DNA of 64,000 nucleotides, from NCBI RefSeq assembly GCF_001194135.2, contig NC_068988.1, positions 44,179,409-44,243,408 on the forward strand, read 5' to 3'. Below are positions 1-11,469 of this stretch, in pieces. The position numbers and the translations under genes are program-made. This stretch comes from Octopus bimaculoides. Lineage: Eukaryota. The number at the start of each line of letters is the position of its first letter. Position 1 is the first letter of the stretch. Under the pieces are notes generated by a model. It saw only the letters and a program-made list of their open reading frames with translations. It had not been told where the DNA came from and ran no database searches.

Positions 1-19
1 TAGGAGATTAAGAAAGAAT

Positions 20-240
20 ATGAGCATAAAAAGCATTGGTGTGGGTACTGGCGCCATGTAAAAAGCACTCAGTACACACTGCAGAGTGATGGGCATTAGG
101 AAGGGCATCCAGCCATAGAAATCAAGCCAAAACAGACTATGGAACCTGGTGCAGCCCCTGGCTTTAACTGCTCCTGAGAAGCCATCCAACCCATGCCAGT
201 ATGGAATATAGATGTTAAATGTTGACGATGATGATGAAGA
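20..240 (+). mobile_element. RTE-type 3'-end repeat with (GAT)n tail ('family C')
   Basis: ggcattaggaagggcatccagcc...ccaacccatgccag-atgga...gttaaa-(gat)n, the same motif as copies at 13208, 35841 and 58601. Confidence 0.8.
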
Positions 241-241
241 A

Positions 242-500
242 GAGCGATATCATCTGCACAGGATTGGAATGTATGACAGGAGACAGCAAGTAGGCTACTA
301 ATTTATAGGAAGAAGAGAGTGAAGAACATAACAGAACTTTGGGGCACACCAGAGTTGATAGAGTGTGGTTCAGAGACAGCACCATCAGTACATGCTAAGA
401 TGGTCCAATCCAACTGACAGTCACCAATTCTAGAGACAAGAGATACATGAAGCCTAGAGGTAGACAGTCTTTCCAGATTCATATACCATTGTCCTGTGAC
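242..500 (-). mobile_element. Degenerate CR1/L2-group LINE reverse transcriptase fragment
   Basis: Minus translation ...DGAVSEPHSINSGVPQSSVMFFTLFFL*ISSLLAVSCHTFQSCADDIAL contains the GVPQGS and YADD RT motifs, with a stop. Confidence 0.75.
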
Positions 501-1047
501 TATCAGAAAGCAACAATATCTATTTTAACTAGAAATTTCAAATTAAATTCTTTCTCCAACAAAATGCAAGTGCTTTTGAAAGTTTTTAACTATCTGTCCA
601 TTTATTTATATATCTGACTATATGTTTATTTTTCAACCAACTCATTAATACCTGCCTGTCAGTCTATTTGTCTCTACTTGAATACCTATATGTATGTTCA
701 CCTGCTAATCTGTATGTTGGCTGATGGGTCCATATAGCCTTTCCTTAGTATTTCAGTCCTTTCTTTGTCATAAGTATGACTTCTAACTCGGCACCTATTT
801 TATCAACTTAGGATAGACAAAAAATAAAGAAGTCCAGCATTGGGTTTGAACTCAGAATGTAAACAATCAAATACTACACAGTATTTGTCTGATGTACTAC
901 CAATTCTGTCATCCATCTGTCATTAATCAATTTTATTTGGCCCTTTATCAGAGAACTAATACACGAAGAATGAGTGACACTTGAATATGAATACTCTGTC
1001 AAAAAAAGAAAAAAAAATACCCCCATAAGTTGATGTATGTAACATAC

Positions 1048-1226
1048 CCAGGCTCATCTGGTACAACTGGTGTAAGGGTTCGACATATCCTGGGAACTTG
1101 CTGTATTTCAATGTCATCTTCAGGAAATTGTAAGAGATCTCGGAAGGGATCTCGGTCAATAGTATCTTGATGCTGTAGCACAAAATCTTCAAATTCAACA
1201 GGCGTTATTAATTCTCCGGGTGGCAG
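1048..1226 (-). CDS. DOCK7: DOCK-C GEF coding exon 3 (LPPGELITPVEFEDFVLQHQDTIDRDPFRDLLQFPEDDIEIQQVPRICRTLTPVVPDEP + GG)
   Basis: Acceptor ttttacctgtcag|CTG, donor GG|gtatgt, 179 nt and open. Matches the DOCK-C N-terminal conserved region PVDxEDY...GPLRDLIEFPxDDIEV...PRxCRTL. The gene continues left, out of the window. Confidence 0.95.
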
Positions 1227-3102
1227 CTGACAGGTAAAAAAAAAAAAAAATTAAGTCCTCAAGAGAACATCATTAAAATTTAGCACGGACTTAGAAAATA
1301 AATGCTTGAAACATTGCCTGTCAAAAGTTTAAATGAATGAAGCTAAAAATAAGAAATATGTAACAAATAATTTGGTTGTTGTCAAACACTGTAGGCAGCA
1401 TTTTGAAACAGAAAAGACTAGCAGGCTCATTAATAAGACTTGAGATATTTATATACTGCTTACTGGGAGACTGAATTCTCAATTTCATCAAAGAATATCT
1501 GCCATTCCATCTTCTCAAAGTAGGTACAATAAATAGCTATTGTTATTTTACCTGTACTATTTTATCTCCAGTAGATAATTAACCACTTACTTTCTACTAG
1601 CAGGATAGGCAATTATACTAATGTTTAACAGCAAACAGTCCTACCTAAATTTGATAGAAGCATCATTCTTCTTCCATCAGTAAGTCTTTTTTCGTTTTCT
1701 TTTTTTCTTTTAACTATTTAGTCAAAGAAGGAAGAGCAGCACCCTTTTATCTTCTCAGGCCCTCTGAGACTTGTGACCTCGTCCAAATGCTTGCAACAAA
1801 GTGTACTCTACGAAAAGCACCCAAGATGCCAGACAATGGTGTTACACTAGGTAGTAGATTAAGTATACCTCAAAAACTCAAAATACAATAACTACAAGGC
1901 ATTTTTGGTCAATAATCTAATAACTCAAGTTACATTTCTTTCTTTTGATCTCTTGAAGTATGTAATAAATCAGTTGTCATCCTTTATATATGTTACATAT
2001 TCATATCAATTCTTTTACTGGTTTCAATCATTGGACAGTGGTTATGCTGGAGCACCACCTTTAAAGGCATAACCAACTTGGGCAGGAATTTCAACTCAAA
2101 ACTTTAAAGGATAGAACCAAACAACACAAGGTATTTTTGTCTGATACTATAGCATTTCTCTGATCCAAACAACAATATAGTCAGGTTGCCTTAGTTCTGC
2201 AGACCTGTAGATTAATAAATTCAGATATGGGTTTTGGAGCAATAATGATTAGAAGATATAGTATTTGAGTTTGGAAAATATGCAATTCCTAATGCAATAG
2301 AAAGTATGCACACATACATACACACAAATGCATATCTATATGTCATGTATGTGTGCATGTGTATGTGTTAAAAGAGATGCCTGAAAATGATGACATGATG
2401 ATGATGATGAAGACAATGACAGATATTAAATATCTAATGACAAATGTGACAAAGGGGAAACTAATTTTGGACTGCTAGTCACTTGTCCCACAACAATGTA
2501 AAGATATATTATTCACATGACAAACAGACAATAAGGATATTAACAATAACAATCTCAATCAAATACAATAATGTGAAGTTATTTTTATAACTATTTTACA
2601 TTTGTAGTTTTACCAACATGCATCTTTGGCTGTGTGGTTAAAACATTTGCTTTAGAATTATGAGGTTTTGGGTTGGATACCACTGTATGATACTTTGGGT
2701 AGTACTTGTCCTCTACAATAGCCACAAGGTTAACCAAAGCTTTCTACATAGAAGCTTGCAGGAGGGATCAATCATGTATTTGGCCATAAGACATAAGACT
2801 TAATTAAGCGGGATCATTCATGTATTTGGCCTGAAGACTTAATTTAGACTTGATTCATTGCTTAGGTTAACACTGCCACTTGGCCCATGAACGCTTTCTC
2901 TAGTCTGAGAATAATTTCCCTTTCTCTCACAAGTCTTAGAAAATGGTCATGGGAACATAAGCATATACATAGTTACATCAAAATGGATCATCACCGTTTA
3001 ACGTCTGCCTTCCATGCTGGCATGGGTAGGAACAATGCATCAATATGAATATTTTTAAATAATGTGTCTGACACTTGAGTTGAGACATTCAAGCCAGTGA
3101 AG

Positions 3103-3352
3103 CAATGGTTCTAAACCAGAGTCCATATATGATTCTGTTGTTAACATCTATCTGCAATAAATTGGTTATACTTCTACAATACACAAAATATTCTAATAAT
3201 CATTTTTATACAATTCCTAATAATATTTAATTCTAGAAATATAACTGGATTTTTTTTTTTTTTTATTAACATCAAATAGCTATGAGGGTCCATGCAAATA
3301 AAATAGGAATCAAAGGGGTACATACGTAAAAAAAAATGGTTGAGAAACACTG
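3103..3352. mobile_element. hAT-type MITE
   Basis: Ends caatggttctaaacc ... ggttgagaaacactg are degenerate CAGTGGTTCTCAACC TIRs. The right half is the reverse complement of 59448-59520. No clean TSD. Confidence 0.65.
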
Positions 3353-3826
3353 CTCGAAAGTAATAATAAACAAAGCATGTATACAATGGCAGTTTACATC
3401 ACACCAATACTCCACAAGTTAAAAATCTATGTAAAATGCATTGGATGACAAAGGGAAGATATAAATACTGTGTGTATTTCTGTATGTGTGTGTGTGTGTG
3501 TTAAAATGAAACAAGCTGAATTGTATAAACTTTAGTAAAGAAGTGGAAGTTAGCAGTTAGATGAAAATGAGGTCCCTTCAAAAAACAGACAAATGTTGAT
3601 TATTAAGTAAATGTCAAAGAAACACAATGCCTGTGTGTTTATGTGCGTTTGTATATACATATGCACCTCTATGCATATATGCATGTATGTGTGTGTGTGT
3701 GTGTGTGCAATGAGAGGGAGAGAGGAAGGGAGACAAAGTCAAGAGAAATAAAAAGAAATAGGTGATAGAAGAGAAAGCAAAAGAGAAAAATGACAGATGA
3801 TAGGGGATGAGGAAAGAAAGAATGAG

Positions 3827-3828
<2 letters not shown>

Positions 3829-3898
<70 letters not shown>
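3829..3898. repeat. (TG)n microsatellite
   Basis: About 35 perfect TG units; source of the THTHTH ORFs. Confidence 0.95.
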
Positions 3899-3900
<2 letters not shown>

Positions 3901-4086
3901 GTTTGTTTTCTACTTTGTTGTTTGAATGATACTTGAAGTTCTGGCAGTGGCAATGATGATGGGGAAGCAAAAATTACAGCACAAGCATACGCATATACAT
4001 ATTAATACATACAAGCACACTCCTATATGTAGATACTTTCACGCAGTCATAAATATATGTAAACATACACAATATTGCATACTCAC

Positions 4087-4177
4087 AACAGCTAGGTTTA
4101 TTCCACTGGTACTTTTAGGTACATCGTTGGTGATGGCTGGAGAATGGATCTGCTTTCGAACTTCTGCTGCCCCCTGC
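4087..4177 (-). CDS. DOCK7: DOCK-C GEF coding exon 2 (G + QGAAEVRKQIHSPAITNDVPKSTSGINLAV)
   Basis: Acceptor ttaccttccag|G, donor GTT|gtgagt, 91 nt (1+90). AAEVRKQI matches the DOCK7 motif TVAAEVRKQIS as recalled. Confidence 0.93.
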
Positions 4178-4393
4178 CTGGAAGGTAATTGATGAAGACG
4201 GTTAGCACTGAGGAACTTTGAGATTTTGGATAGCATCAGTGCATGCAACAAATGTCCACCACATTCAGGCGGCTCATACAGCCACTTGTGTGGTGGACAT
4301 AATGTAGAAATAGAGAGAGAGAGAGAGAGAGAGAAAGAGGAAGGAAGTTGAGAAGTTGACGCAACTGACACTGATGTGTATGTGTGTGGGTGG

Positions 4394-4437
<44 letters not shown>

Positions 4438-5904
4438 AGAAAAAGAGAGACGCAGAAGCAGCCACTCTATGTGTACACACACACATACACACAAACAAAC
4501 AAACAATTTAATCGGCTGCAAAATTACATAAGTGACTCAAAGGCCATGCGTTTTGGGCATTGCATTTATCAAATCATAAAACTCTCAGCCCTTGAGTCAT
4601 AAATGATGATGATGAATATAATATATATATATCTATACACACACACACACACACTCTTACGTATAGGATCCTATTTGTTCTATTTCTTCTGCTTTGTTTA
4701 ACACTTTCTCTCCTTTTCTTTATATATATATATATATAAAATTTTGTGTATATATATATATACACAAAATTTTATCGTTATATCTGTCTCTCTATCAATA
4801 CACAAACATGCATTTATGTTCATACAGATGTACGTAAATATGTGTATTTTTACATTTGTTTTCTGAGGTGGGAGGAAAAGACTACCCTCTGTACCCAATT
4901 TATGATATTTTTAATGATATGTATGCATGTGAAAAAAACATCTTTTTTTCTATTTTTTTTCTTCTTTTTCTGCAGACAACAAAAAGCATTGTAGAACTGT
5001 AGAGATGGGATAGGATGGGATGATAGGATTTGGGAAGAGAGACAATACCAACCAATTGCATATATCAGAACAGAGGGAGCAAGGAGAACAACAGAAATGA
5101 GAGCTTGATAGGTTTATGGTTTTTAAATAAAAGTACTCACACACATACACACACACATATGTATCTGCATGCAAGCATGCAAACAAGAATTACATATGTA
5201 ACCCTTATTTACATAACCCTCATTGTCATATACATATACTCACACATAAAATACATACACACATACTAACAGACACACACACACACACACATAATTGTCC
5301 ACAACTAGCTAATAAGCAGAGAAAGGAAGTGTGATACGTAATTCTATAGGAACAGCTGATATGTTGAGTGTGTGTGTGTGTGTGTGTGTGTTATGTGAAG
5401 GTGTGTATGCTGGAATACTTGTGTATTGAAGGTGTATCCCTAAAGTGTGTGTGTGTGTGTATGTTTGAGAGGGTTTGTAAGAGTACATATGATTGTGGCA
5501 TGTAATAGACGTTGAGCATGTTCATATTAGACACAATGCACGAGCATGTGAATGTGTGTTTATTCTGAGTGTGCATACAAACATGTGCTATGCTTATTAC
5601 AGAAAGGCATTTAATGAAATTATGAGTCATGCGGAAGGCCAGGCTCTATTTTGTCTCGTGTCAAAATACTTTAAACCTACAGCAAGACGGGAAAAAGAGA
5701 AACAATTTCAAGTGCTTCGTAGGATGGGCGACAGTTGATTAAACTGACCACACTAATTGCATCATTATTTAATTCGTGAAACCCAACATAATTAGAACTC
5801 CTTAATGCAAAGGGAAATAACTTAATATTGTAAAATACATAGAGTGGCCCTTTATGCTGACAAACCACTGTCAAGTTTAATAATAATGATAATAATAATA
5901 ATAA

Positions 5905-6600
5905 TAATTCTTTATACTATAGGCACAAGGCCAACAAGTTTGGGGAAATGAGCAAGTCAGTTACATTAATCTCAGTACTTGACTAGTACCTTATTTTACT
6001 GACCCCTAAAAGATGAAAGGCAAAGCTGACCTTGGTGGAATTTGAACTCAGAACGTAAAAATGGATGAAATGTTGCCAAGCATCTTGTCTGGTGTGCTAA
6101 CGATTCTCTCAGCTCGCCGACTTAGTAATAATGATGATGATGATAATGATCATCATCATAATAATAATAATAATAATAATCCTTTCTACTAAAGGCACAA
6201 AGCCTGAAATTTATGGGGAGGGGACTGGTCGATCACATAGGCCCCAGTGGTTCACTGGGACTTAATTTATTGACCCTGAAAGGCTAAAAGAATAAAAAGC
6301 AAAGTTGACCTCAACAACATTTCAATTTAGAATGTAAAGCTGAAAGGAATGCTGCTAAACATTTTGTCTGGCATAGTATTCTTTCTAATTTTGGCACAAG
6401 GCCAGGAATTTTTTAGTGCAGGAGCAAGTTGATTACATCCACCCAAATACTTGGCAGGTACTATATTTTATTGACCCCCACCCAAAAGGGTGAAAGATAA
6501 ATTTGACCCTGGTGGGATTTGAACTCAGAACTTAAAGCATGGGAAGAAATACTGCCAAGTATTTTGCTCAACAGACTAACAATTCTGCCAGAGCATCACC
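5905..6600 (-). mobile_element. Three head-to-tail copies of SINE 'family B'
   Basis: Repeated aggcacaaggcc...gaaaggcaaagttgacc...ggaatttgaactcagaa units at about 5905-6120, 6180-6370 and 6385-6597, the first two preceded by (AAT)n/(GAT)n runs. Confidence 0.8.
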
Positions 6601-6622
6601 TTATATAATAAAAATAATAATA

Positions 6623-6623
<1 letters not shown>

Positions 6624-6662
<39 letters not shown>

Positions 6663-6663
6663 C

Positions 6664-6705
<42 letters not shown>
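6624..6705. repeat. (GAT)n microsatellite
   Basis: About 27 GAT units; source of the poly-M and poly-H ORFs. Confidence 0.95.
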
Positions 6706-7329
6706 AGTAATTTCTAACACAATAATGAAAAGAATTTACAAAGTAAAAAAAAAAAAAAAGTGAAAATAAGTATATAATGCCTACATGAAATGGATGATAG
6801 CTGTAGGAAAACACAAAGTATCTGATGAGAGGAATAAATGCTCTGAAAATAATAGTAATTTAGGATGATCATAATGGGATGTACAGACAATGTGTCCAGA
6901 AAGATTGAACACTGACATACATACATGCATACCACAAAAGTGTGTGTGTGTGTGCATATTAATTAAATAGTGCTAGGTATATATTTATTAAACATGTTTG
7001 TAACTCTGTTTACAAATTTTATATATATATATATGTTAGATCTTACAAATGGAAGAAATTCTACTCAGTATATAAAGCAGTGTGTGTATACATACATATT
7101 ATATATACTTACATATATACAGATATGCATACACACACACATAAACATAAGAGTTTGTAATGCATAAACTGATTACACACCTAATTAAAAAGTTACATAT
7201 TTTGATTGTGTAAGATTAGGAAAAATGTTTATAAGTGTTTAGTTAAATCTAAAAAAAAAATATTCTAAACTGACACTAACAATGATTAGATCATAATTTT
7301 CAATTGTTGACATAAAAATAATTAAAATT

Positions 7330-7557
7330 TTAATCCTTTAGCTTTTAAACCAGCTGTATCCAGCCCAAATATTCTACCTGCTTTATGCTCAAACTGGTCA
7401 AATCTGGCCTCTCACACCTACCCTACATTGTTATTCTAAAGATAGTGAATCACATCACTGAAATTTCAAAGCTGTGAGAGAAAGTAAGGTTACATGAAAA
7501 CAATGTGAATAGATAAGTATTGCATTTGACAAAGTAATCTAAATGTCAAAGGGTTAA
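7330..7557. mobile_element. piggyBac-like MITE (TTAA-flanked)
   Basis: ttaatcctttagc ... tgtcaaagggttaa. Same family as 17521-17742, 21153-21356 and the split copy at 34251-35091. Confidence 0.75.
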
Positions 7558-10500
7558 GATACTCATGTTTCTCCACCTATAGAACAAAATCTCATAAAGT
7601 CCTGGCAGAGTACATCTCTCTACTGGTGGCATGATACAATGCACCCATTCCATGTTGTAAAGTACTTGGTGATAAGAAGGGCAACTAGATACAAAAATCA
7701 TGAAAGAAAAAAAAATTGATATGGAGGACACACAGCCTCTACAAATTACAAGGCAATTCATGCAGAATAGCATTAACTCTAACTAAAAATGGCTAAATGG
7801 GACATTACCAAGATAAAATAGGAGATAACAGATTGGGGTTAATACTAGTTAATATTTAACTTGAAACTATGGAAGTCACTTATTGATAGAGAAGGAGGGA
7901 AGTAAAGGCACAGAAGATGTCCTGGTAGGGGTGAAGTCCAAAGGTGGAAGGGAAGTGATAACAGATAATTGAACAACTCTGTTATGGAGATTACTAGCTA
8001 ATAGAATTCGAAGTTCTGGAACTCGAGAGAATGTTCACAAGACGTCTCGATTTTTCGTTTACGTTATTATAACTGTCTTGAGTTTTACAGTTAGAATAAC
8101 CAGACTTCACACCTATCTGGAGTACCACTGTGTTTTCTTCTTCACAAGTAAATGAGAGAAGTATATTGAACCACAGACAACACACCTAATCTGGATTATT
8201 ACTCTATTATTTCTAAGTAAACAAGAAAAATATAACACTTTATAAGGCTAGCAAATATTTGATTGAATAGAGCACAGATTTTCAAAGGATTGGTTTCAAC
8301 TTCAGCTCTTGACTAGAAATCTAACCATAAACTGTGTTTTATCTATTTGGTCTTTTGTGCCTTTAGGGAGTTGCTGCAAATGTCCATTTCTTACTGAGTA
8401 CTGACAGATAAATAGATATCTCCCTGGACAGGGAGATATACTACATCAGGCAAAAATGATTAAAAAAAAAAGGATCTGATGAATATTTCAGACAGCTAAA
8501 TGAACTGAAATGTGTAAGATTTGGTGTACTGCCCAAGATATTTTTGATGTGTATGTTCTATTCAGGACAGCTGATTAGCAGAAGGATGAAAAACACCAGA
8601 AAGATGCATTGTGGTGTTTGTTCCAACTATAAACATTCTGTATTCAAATTCTGTTGCAGCCAACTCTGTATTTGATCTTTCTGGTGTTAACAATCTTGTG
8701 ATCTGCATGGTAGTCTCAATAGAGCTGGTGGCATGAAAAAAGCAACCAGTACAGTAGCTGGCATTAGGAAGGGCATCCAGCTGCAGAAACCATTCCAAAG
8801 CAGACACTGGAGTACAATGCAGTCCTATGACCCATTGGATCATGTCAAATTGTCCAACCCGTGTCAGTATGGGACATGGACGTTAAACAATGATAATGAT
8901 GAAGTTAGGTATTGGTGGTTGATTCCTTTCTCTCTTTCTCTTTCTCTCTCTCTCTCTCTCTCTCACAGAATCAGTTGTGCTACACTTTAAAAACAACATA
9001 ACAAACCACTCACAGTGTTCCTTTCCTTCAAGATATCCACTTTTATTTTATCATCAAGGCTCTGGTAGAGTTTGGCACAAGATGTTGATGTATTCCGACA
9101 GAGCCTTGACTGTCCATTGCTTTTTCCCACTAGTTAGCATTATAGGCAAGAACCACTCCAACTAAATTGTCTTTATTTTCCAGTAAATATGGATTAGCAG
9201 GCATTATTGGAGTTATCTCCCATCATTGCTTCCTTTTTTTTTTTAAAGATTTCAAACACCTCTAGAGGGAATTTTTGTCTTTCAATTGCAAGGATATATA
9301 CAGCTAATTGAAGGTTCTTCAGTTCACTACCTATATACTATTAAAAGTGAATTTCAATCTTGCTTGCTTGCAATGTTACATAGCCAAACTGGTGCATAAT
9401 GGGAAAATACTTTGAAAGTAGAGTGCCCCTGAAATGTGAATATGAATGGAATAAAACAAGTTTTGCATAAATTGGACCATTAGTTATTGATATTCTGTGT
9501 TTTGGGGTATAAATACCCAAAACAGTGCATAATGGGAAAATACTCTAAATATAACTACACCCTGAAAGGGAAGAAACTCTAGCCTTTCCATTAGACACAT
9601 CATGACAGGCAAAATATTCTGAAGTGAAAATGACTTTAGAAATACAGTAAATATTTCGTAAAAGGCCCATTTGTAACCTTGGCATGAAATGGTCTTTTTC
9701 CATAGGTTTCTTTTGAGTGCATTCAACATATCTCACCGCCAAAGATTTGGCTGCTATTTCTAGCAAGCCCTACCACCATGTAACAGCTATTTGTGATAAA
9801 GGACCCGAAATACCTGTTACGTGGTAGCAGGGCGTGCAAGAAATAGCAGCCAAATTTTTCCTTTTCTGGAGAAAGGAGTCATTTATGCCTGATTTCGATG
9901 TCACATTTGTTGAAAGCATGCGAAATAATATGAAAAAGAAAAAAAAAAAGACAAAAAAAAAAACACGAAACAAAACTCTGTTGCTGAAAGACTCGGACTT
10001 CTCCAGTGACCCAACAGGTCATGGGAAGTCTAGTATCATATAAAACAGGCATGGCTGTGTGGTTAAGCAATTTACTTTGCGTCCATCTGGTTTGAGGTTC
10101 AGTCCCACTGCATAACATCTTCATAAGTGTCTTCTATTCTAGCCCCAGGTTAAATATCCTTGTGAGTGAATTTGCTACACACAGAAACTGCATGGAAGCC
10201 CATTATGTGTATGCATGTAAGGAAACAGGTGAGGGTTGGTGAAGAAAAGTCACCCAACCATAAAAAAAATTGCCTTAACAAATTCTAATTCATGCAAACA
10301 TGGTCGTTAAATGATGATGATGATGATGATGATGTATGCATACATGTGTGTACATGCACATCTGTGTATTTGACCTCCTACCTAATGTTTGACAACCAGT
10401 GTTGGTTTGTTTAAGTCCTGATAACTTACCAGTTCAGCAAAAAGAGTCTGATAGAAAAGTACCTGACTTAAAAACTGAGTATTGGTGCCAATTTATTTGA

Positions 10501-10560
10501 CTAAAGCCGTCAAGGCAATGCCCCAGCATGGCTGCATCTAATGACAAAAATGAGAGAAAA

Positions 10561-11095
10561 TATATATAGGTCAGTTTATGGGATTACCCTGAGTTTCCCA
10601 TCCATAAAGGGTTTAGCTTTATGGCATATCGTCAGACCCCAAAACTTGTTGGCCCAAGACCTCTTCAAAATATGGAGGGAGAAAGCCTCACTACGAAGGT
10701 AAGCAATAGGGGATTATCTCCCTTTGCCACTAGCTGTCGACTTCTGGTTATGCTGCCATCTTGTGGTTTCCGAAAAGCTACAAAAGTAAACAATGGGGGA
10801 TTATCTCCCTTTGCCATTAGCTATCGACTTCCAGCTGTGCCACCATCTTGTAGATTCCAAAACACTAGCAGGAATTTCCTAAAATTTAAACATGGCTCGA
10901 AAATCTCCGTTCTGGAGTTAAGGATGATCCCGGGTTCAAGCGGGTCTTTTAGGATACTCGCGTGTTCAGCTATGCATAACTTACAACGCTTCATCCTGTT
11001 GATGTAGGGGCCTGGGTTTCCGAGGATTTTCCATGTGATCGAGTATAGGATCCCATTGTCTCTTAGTTGCCAGACGTGACTGGCAAGCAATATTA
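10561..11095 (-). mobile_element. 5'-truncated Penelope-like element: C-terminal GIY-YIG endonuclease region plus 3' repeat region
   Basis: ORF 10821-11090 LASHVWQLRDNGILYSITWKILG...PYINRMKRCKLCIAEHASIL...LNSRTEIFEPCLNFRKFLL fits the PLE endonuclease C-terminal pattern (LSxHIWxLK, WxIL, PY..KRCxLC..E, LNxRxEI..C..KFLL). A hammerhead lies downstream. Confidence 0.85.
10573..10646 (-). ncRNA. Type I minimal hammerhead ribozyme (PLE-associated)
   Basis: Minus strand: AGTTTTGGGGT-CTGACGA-TATG CCATAAAG ctaaacc CTTTATGG ATGG-GAAA-C TCAGG GTA-ATCCCATAAACT. Core, stem I, distal stem II and the GUA triplet are all present. Confidence 0.85.
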
Positions 11096-11438
11096 CATAT
11101 CACCTTTCCAGGACTCTGAAGGACCTATACAAATTGAGGAAGTGGAACTGGTAAAATGCACACTACATATATTTCTTAGCAGATTGAATCTTTGATGTAA
11201 TAGTAATGCAATGAGGGGTATTCAACTTATCTAATCCTCAGGCAGAGATTACCTTAATTAATCATTAAATGAAAGTTATATTGTCACTTGAAATTTCCAA
11301 GTTAACTCACCTATGTGGTGAATTGTTCCTTATTGTACACTGTCCATTTTTTGTTCTTTATACCTGCCATGCACTGCTTGAAGCTTATAAACTTCCTACA
11401 CTGAGATCCTTGGATCTTATTACCCTTGTATATATACA

Positions 11439-11469
<31 letters not shown>

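Noticed and set aside
2762-2845. Short local tandem duplications (also about 9370-9570, 20800-20850, 29860-29910, 62340-62395)
   Set aside because: Two-copy slippage-type duplications with no conserved spacer architecture; not CRISPR-like.
5620-5800. Small CpG patch with a minus-strand acceptor near 5677
   Set aside because: All three frames close quickly and no convincing donor follows.
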